From NCBI RefSeq assembly GCF_964355755.1, contig NC_092674.1:10354001-10418000 (forward strand): a DNA stretch of 64,000 bases, read 5' to 3'. This document shows, one piece after another, positions 13,606 through 26,770 of this stretch. The notes below the pieces were generated by a model that worked only from the letters and a program-made list of their open reading frames with translations, searched no databases and was not told the DNA's origin. This stretch comes from Antedon mediterranea (Eukaryota > Animalia > Echinodermata). The translations under genes were made by a program, and so were the position numbers. How positions within the stretch are numbered: the first letter of the stretch is position 1; every line of letters begins with the position of its first letter.

Positions 13606-15062
13606 ATTCACTTTTATTTCAAATATCAAAAAATTGACCAAAATTACAACTCGTGGCTAAGAGCCAAATTGCGTGTAAAATACATGTCATATCAAAAATA
13701 TAAATATATATAAAAAATATGAAAACAAAAAAAACAACAAAGAAGGGGAGAGCAGTCGCAAACTAGCAGGGGAGAAAATTAAGAATTCAGTAATTTGATG
13801 AAGTAGGGTATAGGGCTATTGGTAAATCTGGATGTTTTAGACGCTAGCTGGGTAATTTTGTTTTTATTTCTTAAATTCCTACCATGACAGCTATGTCTGG
13901 TCGGTGGGATTAAATCAGCTGTTTGTTTAATTTTGGGGAGATACTCAGCGAACTTGCGACAATGCTCCACCCTTCTTTGAGCCAAAGTCTCTAATTTAAG
14001 AAATTCAAGGGCACCAGAGTAAGAAAAGTAATCATTGCCTAACATTATACGGCAAGCCCTCTTTTGAACATTTTCAATACAATCGCTTAATCTACTAGAC
14101 AGGCCAGAATGCCAAACAACATCAGCATACTCAACAACTGGTCTAATGTAACCACAAAAGGTCAATTTAAGCTCTTCAATGTTAAAACCAAATCGTTTTA
14201 GTGATCGTAAAAAGAAAAGTTTCCTGGAAGCTTTAGTGATGATGGAATCAATATGACAGTCCCATTTAAGGTTGTCTTGAAAAAAAACTCCCAGGATCTT
14301 GGCTTTATTAACATATTGGAGCTTATCAGTTCCCAAGTGTATGTCAACGTGTGAAGGTTGGGTAGAACTGAAACACACCTTAAGGGCCTGACATTTTTTG
14401 GGGTTAAGCACTAAACAGTTGTCGTTACACCAGCGGAAAAAAGAATTAAGATCATCTTGTAAAAAACCAGGCAATGAGAGCTTACGATTTTCACAAAATG
14501 TAAGATCATCTACATATTTCAGATACTTAGTTTTAGCATTTGTACCAGCATCGTTGATCATGATCAGGAAACATAAAGGGCCTAACTTGGTTCCCTGTGG
14601 GACACCAGCTTTTAAGTAAGAGTAATTAGATAAGGTACCATTATATTTGACACACTGCATACGCATAAAAAGAAAATCACACAACCATGGTACCAAAGCC
14701 CCCCTGACACCAATATCAATGATCTTATTAACAAGGATGGTATGGTCGATAAGATCAAAGGCCTTGGAGAAATCAGTAAGAACCATGGTACCAACATTGT
14801 GCTTATTCTCAGCACCTTGACAGAGATAATGCACCAAGTGGGTCAGGTAATGAGCAGTAGACAAACCCTTAACATTTCCAAACTGGTTAACATCGATTTT
14901 TGAACTTATATCTTGTAAGATCCAGTCAGTGATAAACTCCTCAGCTACTTTGGCAAACACAGAAGTAATGGAGATAGGTCTGAGTTTGTCAATAGTAGGA
15001 GGCTGAACCTTGGGCACAGGGACTACAACTGCCTTTTTCCACTGAGAAGGGACAATGCCTTC
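13606..15062 (-). mobile_element. 5'-truncated CR1/L2-group LINE with open RT frame
   Basis: ORF 13779-15062 (EGIVPSQWKKAVVVPVPK...RPISITS...DFSKAFD...GVPQGTKLGP...YVDD); 3' UTR ending aataaaagtgaa; candidate TSD aatgtt at 13600-13605 and 15063-15068. Confidence 0.92.
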
Positions 15063-15221
15063 AATGTTTTAGGCCCTACTTCGTGAGAAAGTCGAGTGAC
15101 AAGGGATGTCACATGGTATTGTGATATCAGTACTGCGATACTGTATGTCACATTGTGCTTTCACCGGCCGCCGCCGAGAGATGTAAGCACGTGTTTTGTT
15201 ACTGCCATGTCTCTCTTTCGA

Positions 15222-16115
15222 ATGTTTTCCTATTTCCTAGTGCGCTATGAAGTCTTATTTCCGGGCAACTAGAGGTGTCTTACTAATGAGTAGGCCTAGT
15301 TTTATGTCATCGGGACTTGCCCCCGATGTTTGTATTTGAACGCAAAAAAATGTTTTTTTATCGCATATGTTTACCCGCCGGCGGAAAAAAAAAGTAGGCT
15401 ACGATCGTTTTAATGTTTGCTAACGCGCTATGAGGTGTCGTTTCCGGCTAACTACAGTTGCCTACTGATGAGTAGGCATATTTTTTTTTTCATATATTGC
15501 GTACAGTGTTTACCTGCGGAAAAGTAGGCTCAATCGGGCTGTTTGCTAGCGCGCTATGAAGTGTCCTTTCCGGCCAACTACAGAGTTGTCCTACTGATGA
15601 GTAGGCATTTTTTATTTCATCGGGGAATTCCTCTTGACGTTCGTAATGAACGCAAAAAATGTTTCTTATCGCGTATGTTTACCGGCGGAAAAAGCAGGCT
15701 ACGATCGTGCGGTTTGCTAGCGCGCTATGAAGTGTTTTTCCGGCCAACTACAGAGTTGTCCTACTCATGAGTAGGCCTACTTTTATTTCATCGGGGAATT
15801 CCCATTGACGTTCGTATTGAACGCAAAAACATTTTTTTATCGTGTATGTTTTACTGGCGGAAAAAGTATGCTACGATGGTTTTACTGTTTGCTAGTGCGC
15901 TGTAAAGTTTCGTTTCCGGCCAACTAGAGTTGTCCTACTGATGAGTAGGCTAATAGATTAGGCCTATTTTTTTCATTGGGGCTTCCCCCTGACGTTCGTA
16001 ATGAACGCAAAAAATGTTTCTTCGCGTATGTTTACCGGCGGAAAAAGTTGGCTACGATCGTTTTGTTGTTTGCTAGCGCGCTATAAGTGTTATTTCCGGC
16101 CAAACCAGAGGTGTC
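15222..16115. repeat. About 5 copies of a ~185-bp tandem unit (gctacgatcg...ttccggccaactacagagttgtcctactgatgagtaggc...), probably internal to a non-autonomous DNA element
   Basis: Visible periodicity; partial unit also at 13519-13565. Confidence 0.8.
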
Positions 16116-16963
16116 ATTCAACATAAATGTTATGTGCGAGAGTACCATTTCCGGCCATCTAGGGTGTAAATTACCAAAAATCGCTTCGCCACAGCCCCAA
16201 CCATGGTGGGGCTGTGACTCAAGTACTTAGTGTCTGAATGCCCACACAGGAATCACAACTATGTACAGTAATTTTAGAGTTACACTAGTTTTTACACTGA
16301 TATCATGTTGATAGATAGACTGATCAATGCATTAAATCTATTTTTAGCTGATTGTGAACTTATACTTAATACCTTACAGTTGCTAAATTAAGGGATGCAT
16401 TAAAATTCAAGCATGGGATTACCTTACATTCAAATACATAATATATTTCTTTATAATCTAGTATTTGTAATATTAAAATCCATGGACTTCAAAAAATACA
16501 GTAATTGTGTTTAACACAGATAAAATTCACTGGTGATTAAACTTCAAACCTGAACCGATACTAATAAGAGGTAGCCTGGTGTACTTTGTACACATTAACA
16601 AATGCAGTGATACAATAGCAGCAGCGTTTATTGTTATGATTAGTCTATAAAAAATAAACAATTGTTCTGATGTGTGTTCTGAAAGGTTATTAAACTCTTT
16701 GAAGAAAGAACAAAAAAGGATCTTGTCTATTGTTTTCAGCAATGATGATAAATTACAATTAACTAACTAGGGCGGCCACATTTTTTACTTCCATCCAGCA
16801 ATTTTTGGCAGTTTGAATATTTTAGTTTTAATAGTTATTAGTCTTTTCAAATTGTCCCAAATTGATTTCTATATTGAGAGAAAACTGCATTTTCAGAAAG
16901 AACATACTCCTTTTCCATAAGCTCAGAAATATTTGGGATCTACTATATCAGTAGTGGAAATAG

Positions 16964-17770
16964 CAGTGGCGTAATAGCCATCACTCACTGGCTAAACCCA
17001 GGGGCACCAGAGCTTAAGGGGCACCAGAGCTTAAGGGGCCCAAAGCTTAAGGGGCACCAGAGCTTAAGGGGCACCAGAGCTTAAGGGGCACCAGAGCTTA
17101 AGGGGCACCAGAGCTTAAGGGGCACCAGAGCTTAAGGGGCACCAGAGCTTAAGGGGCACCAGAGCTTAAGGGGCACCAGAGCTTAAGGGGCACCAGAGCT
17201 TAAGGACCCCAAAACTTAAGGGACCCCAAAGCTTAAGGGACCTCAAAGCTTAAGGGGCACCAGAGCTTAAGGGGCCCCAAAGCTTAAGGGACCCCAAAGC
17301 TTAAGGGGCACCAGAGCTTAAGGGGCACCAGAGCTTAAGGGGCCCCAGAGCTTAAGGGGCACCAAAACTTAAGGGGCACCAGAGCTTAAGGGGCACCAGA
17401 GCTTAAGGACCCCAAAACTTAAGGGACCCCAAAGCTTAAGGGACCTCAAAGCTTAAGGGGCACCAGAGCTTAAGGGGCCCCAAAGCTTAAGGGACCCCAA
17501 AGCTTAAGGGGCACCAGAGCTTAAGGGGCACCAGAGCTTAAGGGGCCCCAGAGCTTAAGGGGCACCAAAACTTAAGGGACCCCAAAGCTTAAGGGACCTC
17601 AAAGCTTAAGGGGCACCAGAGCTTAAGGGGCCCCAAAGCTTAAGGGGCACCAAAGCTTAAGGGGCACCAGAGCTTAAGGGGCACCAATTCAACTACTCAG
17701 TGTGGGAGGGCCTCTTAAGAGTGCTAAACCTGAGGCTATTTCCAGATGTTACTACCTGTACGTGTCACTG
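16964..17770. mobile_element. hAT-like MITE carrying an expanded 17-bp minisatellite
   Basis: Ends cagtggcgta / tacgtgtcactg; 8-bp TSD ggaaatag (16956-16963) and agaaatag (17771-17778), one mismatch. Confidence 0.65.
17000..17686. repeat. 17-bp minisatellite (ggggcaccagagcttaa), about 40 copies
   Basis: Directly visible; blocks of variant units are repeated at a larger scale. Confidence 0.95.
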
Positions 17771-18245
17771 AGAAATAGTCTAATTGAAATACAGTATAGA
17801 TTATTGTGTGTAAATAAACACTTCAGCCTAACTAGATCATTCCATCAAGTCCAAAATCAAGCAATACAAATTAGGAGATTTAGATTTTATCCCAACAATG
17901 GGATTACACTTGGTTTAATTACAGTATTCTGCTGCAGGGATTACAAAAGATTAGACGGTAATACAAGTGCTGGACAGTTCATCACTACTGGGTTTAGTAT
18001 TTGTGAAAATAAGGATTTTAACATGAAGATTCTAAACATTATTTGCCGACTTTTTTTTCCATACTGTGCAGGTTGCGAAATGTTGGTCTGTCCAATCAGA
18101 CTCACCTCTACTAGACATTACATGACACACCTAACCAACCCTTGATTTTAATGCTATATCAACTTGAAACTCTGTATACAGTGACTAGTCTAGACCTACA
18201 CTGTTGTAAACATTTTATCTACTTTTTAGTAGTATACATAAATAC

Positions 18246-20609
18246 TTCTTCTTCTTCTTCTTCTTTCCCTTTTCAGGGAATTTATTGGTTCAAAGTATAT
18301 TGGCCTTTGGCCCTAATACAAACAAATAAAAATTAACTATAACTTAAGATAATGGTTTCTTCTTTCAAAAGCAAAGTAGACGTATTTTCCTAAATTATAA
18401 GTAAAATTTGTGTTGGAAAGTAATAAACAAAGCTTATTAATAGAAGGAAAAACACGAATAAATCTTGGAATAAAACTTTTTCTTAAATCGTTGTAAAATG
18501 TGCATTGCAAAATAAAATGATATTCATCCTCAACAATGTTCTTTTTACATAATTTACACGTTCTCTTATATCTTTCTACACCCTCCCATCTGCCCTTTTC
18601 AATTTCTAGCTCTAATATCCCTAAACGTAACTTAGTTAATAATCTTCTTTGTTTAAAATTAATGATGTTGGTCAAGTGATAACTTAAACATATTTCTTTT
18701 TTATAAAGAGAAAAGAGCCTTAACTTATTATGTAAACTAAATTTTTGAATGCATTTTTGTTTTTCAATATCACATAAGCGCAACTTAAATTCTCTCAAAA
18801 ATAAACCTTTACTATTAACATATTGTTGTAACCATATATAACCAAAACCAGTAGAAAAGAGTAAGTGTTTGACCTGTTGTGCCCAACAATTCTCATTACG
18901 GTTAACTTTTCTAAGTTGAAACTCATAACACTTAAAAATGAATCTGTCATGATCTAAAGTAATAATATGTAACCAAAATCTTATAACTGTAACTAAACAA
19001 TCCACAGAAAGTGGTAATCTACCTAACTCAGAAGTAACAGCGGCATTTGGTGCATTTTTTCCAACTTGCAATAAATATCTACAAAATTTAGTATGTGTTT
19101 TTTCTATAATGTTTGTGCTATCTGACATTCCCCAGATTTCGCTTCCATACGTTAAAATAGGAAGTATTTTCACATCAAAAATATGGTTCCATGTATTAAT
19201 TGGAAGAAAAGATAAGTTACGATAAATGAATGATTTTAAGCAGAATAAACTTTGATTTGCTTTTTGTTGATTATGTTGCATTGAGTTGTTCCATGCACCA
19301 TTTGAACTAAAAATAACACCAAGATAATTATACGAATTAACAATTTTTAATTGAATATTTTTATACTTCCATTTTTCAATGTTCCTTAAATTGCGGCCAT
19401 TTTTAAAAACCATAATTTTGGATTTTGTAGTGTTTACAGTAAGTTTCCAAGTATCACAATAAAGTTCAAGTTTATTTATTAATTTTTGGAGACCTTTCAC
19501 CGTATCACTAACAAGCACTAAGTCATCTGCATAAAGAAGATGATTCATATGACAATCTCCAATTTGAATGAAATCGTTTACCTGATTAAGTATACCACTC
19601 AAATCATTAATGTAAATATTAAAGAGTAAAGACGACAACGGAGAACCTTGTTGTACTCCAATCGAACAATTAAAAGATGGACTAAGTTTGTTGCCAATTT
19701 TAACATGAGCAGATAAGTTTTGGTATAAGGAATTTATTATGTGTAACATTCTGCCTGAAACACCGATACATTTCAACTTATGTAGTAAAAGTGTATGATT
19801 TATAGAGTCAAAGGCACGTTTAAGATCAACAAAACAAACAAAAATCCTACCCCGCTTTTTATCTAAGTATTTAGAGATGAGGGTATCTAAAATGAATATA
19901 TTATCTGTCGTTCTATATCCCTTACGAAAGCCTGCTTGTTCCTCATGAATTAACTTTTTACTATTTGTAAATTGTGTTAACCTAGAATTAAGAATATTTA
20001 AAAATATTTTTCCTAGGATTGGAATTAAAGAAATACCTCTATAATTTTCAGGTTTGTTTTTATCTCCATTTTTAAAAATTGGGACGATTAAGCTTGTTGC
20101 CCATTGTTTGGGAAATTTTTCAACTAAAAATATGGCGTTAAAAAGAATTTTTAAAATATCAAAAATAATGTTGGGGGCGTTTAGCAAAAATTCAAAATTC
20201 ATTCCATCAATGCCGGGAGCTTTTCCACTATTTTGAGAATTAAATGCTTTTTTTATTTCATCCAACGTTATGTCGTGGTCTAAATTATCATCGTCTTCAT
20301 TCTGTTGGCATTCTGTGATTTTTGGCAACTCAGCGCTACCAATAGACTCATCGTTTTTAAATAGGTTCTTAAAATGAATATAACATTGATTAATAGAAAG
20401 TTCGCAAGATAATTTCTGTTTTGTCTTCAACTTCATCCAAAACGTTTTGCTATCCTTTGTATTGAGTGAATCGATAATTTGTTTGCGTATTCTTTTATGA
20501 AAGTTATTTTTTTTGCATTTTAATAGCGATTTATATTGCTTTTTTATCTGAATATAATTATTTAAAAAAGGTTGAGTGCGCATAATTCTAAATCTCTTTA
20601 ATGATTGTT
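18246..20609 (-). mobile_element. 5'-truncated RTE-X-like LINE with open RT and C-terminal Cys/His finger
   Basis: ORF with NYRGISL, QAGFR, FVDLKRAFDS, QQGSPLS, LYADD, CKLC...EDEYHFILQC; (GAA)n 3' tail at 18246-18264; perfect 11-bp TSD tacataaatac at 18235-18245 and 20610-20620; clade assignment is from motif memory. Confidence 0.92.
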
Positions 20610-21810
20610 TACATAAATACAGTATTGTAGGAAGTAGAATTTCTCCTTTGAGACATTCTGATTTAGGGGACACTCCTATCAAAGGGGACACATTTCAATG
20701 TGTTTTACAATGTACAGGGAAACATTTCATTAACAAATTTTTTAGCAATATTGCTAATCAAACTGATTTTTAAGTCGAGAAACATAGTTTTGTATTGTAT
20801 TTTTTGCTACACAATTTTCAAAATGTGTAGCATTTAGCAATAAGGTTGTTTTGTACAGCTTTTTGCTATGCTACACTGGCGAAAATGTTCCCTGATGTAA
20901 CAGTACCTCAAACCCTTACTTACAATTACATTGATTGTGTTCTTAAAGGTGTCCTCTAACACTATATTATTACCTATGGGTTTTACTGATGTTACAACAA
21001 AATCTTTACAATTATATTTTAAAAATTGGCATTGAAAACTCAGTATATTTCGTAAATATTATGCGCATATTTATAATAAGTGCATAATTATACTAAATAC
21101 AGAGACTGAAAGTGTTAAATTGTAATTTCCACCTTACCTCAATACATGTCAAGATAACTGTTGGTCATTCAATACAATATTGCATAAGTAGATACTAAAT
21201 TGATGAAACCATATTGACATATCTGGATACTGCTGACTTAAGCATAATTGCATAACAATACCATTACCAGATGCTATGCTATGCATTAAGTACACCTTCA
21301 ATGCTTTATAAAGCCATAAAATATCACTAATTTATCAATTATTAATTTTAATAATTTTAAATTCAATTTAATTGTACAAGTTCAACATTCTATACTAAAT
21401 AACATTGAATCGCAATATGTTTTAATTGCCATATGATTGGATATACAGTAATAATTCCATGCCATAATTCCACAAACTAATTTAGGAAAAATTCAGAGAA
21501 AACTTATGGTAAATCTATTGCTAATGAGATCGGAGTGTTTTATCCAAATTCTTATCTAGGTGATAACTGATATACTGTGAAAATGAAATCTTAAAAGAAT
21601 ACAGTATGATTAAATTCAGTTGACCCAGTAAATTTATGGCCTCCCTGTTCAGACCTACAGAATATGCTTTCGTATCGTACGCGGCATCACAACTCCAAGG
21701 TCTGAACCAGGAAAGATTTGTGGAAGCTCTCTCTATACGACACTGGCCTTTCGTTTTTTGTTACGACAACTTAAGGGGGTACCATACAAAAACCATGCAT
21801 CCACGGTTTC

Positions 21811-21940
21811 GACCTCTAACCAATCAGTGACACTTTGACCTCTAACCAATCAGTGACACTTTGACCTCTAACCAATCAGTGACACTTTGACCTCTAACCA
21901 ATCAGTGACACTTTGACCTCTAACCAATCAGTGACACTTC
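21811..21940. repeat. 26-bp tandem repeat x5 (gacctctaaccaatcagtgacacttt)
   Basis: Near-perfect periodicity. Confidence 0.95.
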
Positions 21941-22516
21941 AGTCTCTAACGATGAGTAAGAATTGTTACTACTACTACATGACAGGGGAAAAAACACCCT
22001 AGTCATTAATAAAATGATAAGAGTGGGACCTACGTTGACAATTTTTAGAGGTTTTATTGTTTACGTTTTAATGCATTTGACGTGTTGTAGATAAATTTGA
22101 TGCATTTTAAACTCATCGCAAAATACCTTTCGCAATCAATAATTGGATGTAATTACTGTATGTATTGTATTAAATACAGAAATAACTTAAAAACAGAATT
22201 TAGACAGTATCCAGTAAATGTGGGTTTAAAAAATGTTTTTATCTAAACAAAAATTTTGGGATATTTTCTTAATGTTTGAGAAATTGGATAAAAATTTGGG
22301 AGGCTCGAAAAATGTTATAAAGCCCAACATTTTCGAACGCTCCTTTATTTTCGCGACTTTCACAATTGAACAACGATTGGGCTTTAGAGTAATCATTTTA
22401 CATGGCAAATATACAGTACAATAAGACTGGCAATACACTAGGTAAATGGCATTCCTTTCAAAACTTAATTTGGCCAATCACAATTTATGATCTGCCACTT
22501 ACAATCAAATTAGTGA

Positions 22517-22760
22517 CATGCGTATGTACTTGCGCCTTGAGCATGCGCACTATATAAATTATTATTGTATGTATGGACTTGCGGAATTGTGTGTGTACTT
22601 GCAGCATTGCGTGTACTGTATTTACCTGCGGCATTGCGTGTATGTACTTGCGGCGTTGCTTTATGTAGTTGCAGCGTTGTGTTACGTACTTACTGTAGCA
22701 TTCTGTATTTTATTTGCAGTGTGTGTATGTAGTTGCTAAATGCATGCATGTACTTTCCTT
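22517..22760. repeat. Degenerate ~20-bp tandem repeat (tacttgcggcattgcgtgtg)
   Basis: Visible periodicity; explains ORF 22518-22739. Confidence 0.7.
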
Positions 22761-24157
22761 TGTGTTAGTGGAAAACCAAGTATGCAAATGTTTGTGATTC
22801 AACTAAATTAGTCTGCTGAAGGAACCCCAAATTGTGCACGACTGGCTTATACTGTAGTCTACTGGGCATTTATACTGTACCTAGGCTAGGCTAGCTAGGC
22901 CTATGTCATTATTAATATTGTTTATAATTTAATATTAAATAAATAAAATAACAATTAAAAAAGAATTTTCACTTAAAAGTTGTTATGTAGAAAATCATTC
23001 AATGTCACATTTAGCGCCGGATGGTCGTACACATCGGTGGTCAACAGGCTATTGTTTGCATTGGACTTGGCTAGTCTAGGCTGATTAAGAAGCTTCCGGT
23101 CGAGATGTTACTGTACAGCTAAGCCAAACTTTGCCAATCGAACCCGTCCATACTAGACTATATGCTTCGTTGCATCAACAACTGGCAGGCCTAGAGGCCT
23201 AGTTTTGCTCGAATAAATAATCAGTGATAAATTATTACTAATCAGAAATTGTAATAACTTACCTTTAGACAGTTTTTTTTTCAATGAAAAGAAAAAGTCA
23301 CAACGTGTTGACAATTTGATATGTTGACAAAAAGATTTCTTCAACAATGAGAACTTAATTCAAACTTTGAATTGTTTTGTGTTCAATTTAGTTCAATATT
23401 AACAACAACAGGCGACCCAGCGAAATCTTCCGCGGGTCAGGAGAATATATTTTACATTTTCGCACCAGATTGAGAAGAAGGCTCTTCACCACACAACAAG
23501 TAGCAAGATAGATAATTCAGGTATCAACTTGCAAAATATGAAATTAAAACGTACACTCTGTCGATAGAAATTCAGAAAAATAGAAGACAGTTTTGTGTGG
23601 ACACTGCACACTCACTCTGTTCGCCATTTGCAGCTGCTGTTACAATACAAACGAAATCGAGGCAAGCACACTATGACCCTAATTTGCATATTTGCACACA
23701 GAAAGAGGAAATACGAAGTATGCGAACTAATTCCTCGACAAAGTTCGTGACGATCACCAGTTCTGACTGATTGAGTCACAGATTTGTAATTTTGTGTTTT
23801 TGAAAAATAATATTTTATTAAAAATAATTCACTTTTTTTTTCTGTGTGACCCTCATTGAAAAAGTGTCTCAAATAATCCAAAATTTAAAAGAAGGTGTCT
23901 AAAAAACCACTGGAGGTACAATTTTATACCACATTACAATTTACAAACAATTTTAAATAATATTAATAATAATAACAAATATAATAACCCTTGATATACA
24001 TCCAAATCGTAACAACTCGACTTTATTCAATGATGATTTGATATATTTTTCGTCGGCAAGACGTTTTATGGCCAGAGGAGCTTAAAGATACGCATATCCG
24101 ATCTAATGCTTGTACTGTATTATGGACCTAAGGGCAGCACTAATCAAAAGCGATGGA

Positions 24158-24264
24158 TTAAGCTTGGTTCCCACTAGAACGTAACGCAAGGACGTAAACG
24201 CAACGCAAGCGTTTTAACCAATGACAAGCGAAGTTATAGGCAGTCACAAGCGAATAAGCCATCA
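24158..24264. mobile_element. Truncated palindromic MITE, family agcttggttcccactag
   Basis: Near-identical reverse complement of the right part of the copy at 33516-33696. Confidence 0.85.
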
Positions 24265-24879
24265 AAGGCTTCTTTTGCGATCGGGAGCTGAAAAAGGCGA
24301 TATATCGACGACCCTGGTACCACATTCGACATGTGAAAATAGGATTGGTGCTGTAATTAAGATTTATCACTGTGTTTACACATTTCGCACTCAATTGTTT
24401 TACTAGGGAAATATATGTATACTAATAATATGAATAAATTAAAGTATTTTTGTTCAGCCCCTAAACATTGAAATATAAATAGTTATATAAATAATTAGGG
24501 CTACCTGTATAAACAATTAATATACATAAAACATTTTTTTTTAAACACACTTTCTCTCAAATAAATTTTCATGAGATAAATAAACATCCTAAACAAACAA
24601 ATGTTTTGACTTCTTTTTTAAATTTGCTTTTTGTTAAACCTTATTTCATCTGGGATTCATTCCAAAGCTCTGCACCAGAATACCTGATGGAATGTTTGCT
24701 ATGTTTGTTCTATCTTATGGTGGTACTAACACATTTTCTCTTGTCTGTGATCTTGTTGAATAACGAAAATTAATATACGAGAAATACTGATACCATACAC
24801 CGCGACACTGATCATCAACGGAAGAGACTCAATGGAAAGGTTGTGTTGTTCATCCATAATCATTCTCCTCTCAGATCAC

Positions 24880-25036
24880 TTAAGCTTGATTCTCACTAGG
24901 ACGCAACGCAAAGGTCGTAAACGCAAGCGTGTTGACCAATTACCAGCGACAGTTAATAATCCAACCTGATGATTGGTCAACTCACTTACGTTGCGTCTAT
25001 GTCCCTGCGTTGCGTCCTAGTGAGAACCAAGCTTTC
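24880..25036. mobile_element. Palindromic MITE, related family (aagcttgattctcactaggacgcaacgc...gcgttgcgtcctagtgagaaccaagctt)
   Basis: ~30-bp TIRs visible. Confidence 0.85.
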
Positions 25037-25809
25037 AACTGATTTATAATGAGCTAACCTTTTACTTTGTTAAATAGCAACTATTTTATTTTCCCGGGGG
25101 TCGTTAAAACCATCATGGAAATCGTGTACAAATAAACATTCTATCCATACATTTAGACGGTTGTAACCGAAGATGTTAATCGGCGAACGTATCGTTACAG
25201 CGCGCGATGTTCGCCTCATTAAAAAACAATACATAAATGTGGGCATAAAATAAGTTCCTAATTATATTCCTGCGAATGACGTACAACCATGACGACTTCG
25301 GTAAATCAAAGAAATATGATTTTAGCCAGATGGCTGTCAGATAAATCGTGGGCTGGCTAAACAATTAAAAAGATAGAAGATCGTTTATCGAAACAGCGAA
25401 TGTCTTTACCGTCGGAAGTCTTCGTCGACGAAGTTTGAGACTCGAATTGATGACGTGTAGATGACGTCAGATTCTACCTTACTACACTCTGCATCCGTCA
25501 TCACAAACGTAAATATTGCATTGAGAAGATGAAGAGTTCATTGGAAACGAAATTAGAATAAAGATAACCAATGAAGTTATCTAGGAAATATTGTTTACAA
25601 TTTCTTTTTTTTTTAAAGATTACAAAGTTGAAATGATCAATCCATCATCTAGCCTAATTTACATCTACAGTATTTTAATACTAAAAAAAATATGTTCTGG
25701 AAAGTAGCCAATGAAAGATTGATACTTTTAAATAATCTGTAATTTGACATGAGATTGATCATTATATCATCATTGATATGAGATGGATCATATCAATCAT
25801 CATCAGAAT

Positions 25810-26230
25810 CGAACACACCTCCTTTTTCCTGAAATGCCCTTTTCAACTGGACACCAGCAGTGGATATAATGGCAGACCTCTAGTGTATCTTGTGATCATT
25901 TGTTGTCCCCTTTGTGGAAATACAACCCCTACAGACTTGACCAGGATCAATGTATGTCTCATAGATGTTGCTATGTTGACATGTTGTTGCTTCCATTTTC
26001 CCGTCTTTTCTCTCTGTCTGAGATGGCCAATTTAATTTAATTCATTTGATTTCTCTTTTGATTCTAATTATTTTTTGCATCATATTAATGTATTTTGTTA
26101 ATCTTGATAAATTCTATTTATTTAAATTTTATTTTAATTGTTACATGTTTATGTCATATTGTATTTTAGTAAGGGTCCCTAATGATCAGCTTTGGCTGGA
26201 TGAACCACCCTCGTAAAATATTGTTGACAT
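25810..26230 (+). mobile_element. Degenerate LINE 3' end
   Basis: Remnant FFLKCP and LCGNTTL-like coding, T-rich UTR, terminal agggtccctaatgatcagc...gctggatg...accctc motif shared with the SINE at 63715. Confidence 0.45.
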
Positions 26231-26617
26231 TTTTAAAAAAATGGTTCTAAACAATTCAAGCTGAGCCAACGCTAAACACCTTTTAAATTCAGTGACATGA
26301 TAGTGATATGATTCAGTAACTAACAGAAGCAGTTTAACTCATCAATACAAAAAAAATGTGTATAGAAAGTGAAAAAAAAATACCCATCAAAGACATTCAA
26401 ATACAAATACATTTTAATTATTTATTTAATCTTTGACACACTTTTAACAAAATCAGCTAAAGAATCATCAAAAGTTTAAAAAAAACATAAGGGGTTTAAG
26501 TATTAACAAATATGGACATTTGTAAATTAGTAAAACGTGTGTAATTTTCAAACAGCACATAATTAATATGTTACAGTTATCTATCACCTACTTTACACAA
26601 ATTAATGCCACATGATT

Positions 26618-26770
26618 AAAGATACGTTCACACTGAGCCGTAAATCTGGTTCAAACAACATGTGTAATGTACAAAACCGTATGTGAACACAGTGCCCGAA
26701 AAAAAAGGTACTATAGCTCAAAGTTTTTCCACCCACCAGACCTAATCCAGGCTCAGTGTGAATGTACCTT
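26618..26770. mobile_element. MITE with TIRs aagatacgttcacactgagcc / ggctcagtgtgaatgtacctt
   Basis: Inverted termini visible; abuts the next MITE. Confidence 0.7.

Noticed and set aside
17000-17686. 17-bp array as a CRISPR-like locus
   Set aside because: Head-to-tail units without spacers
17702-18145. 147-aa ORF
   Set aside because: Starts inside a MITE end with a non-ATG codon; no domain or splice support
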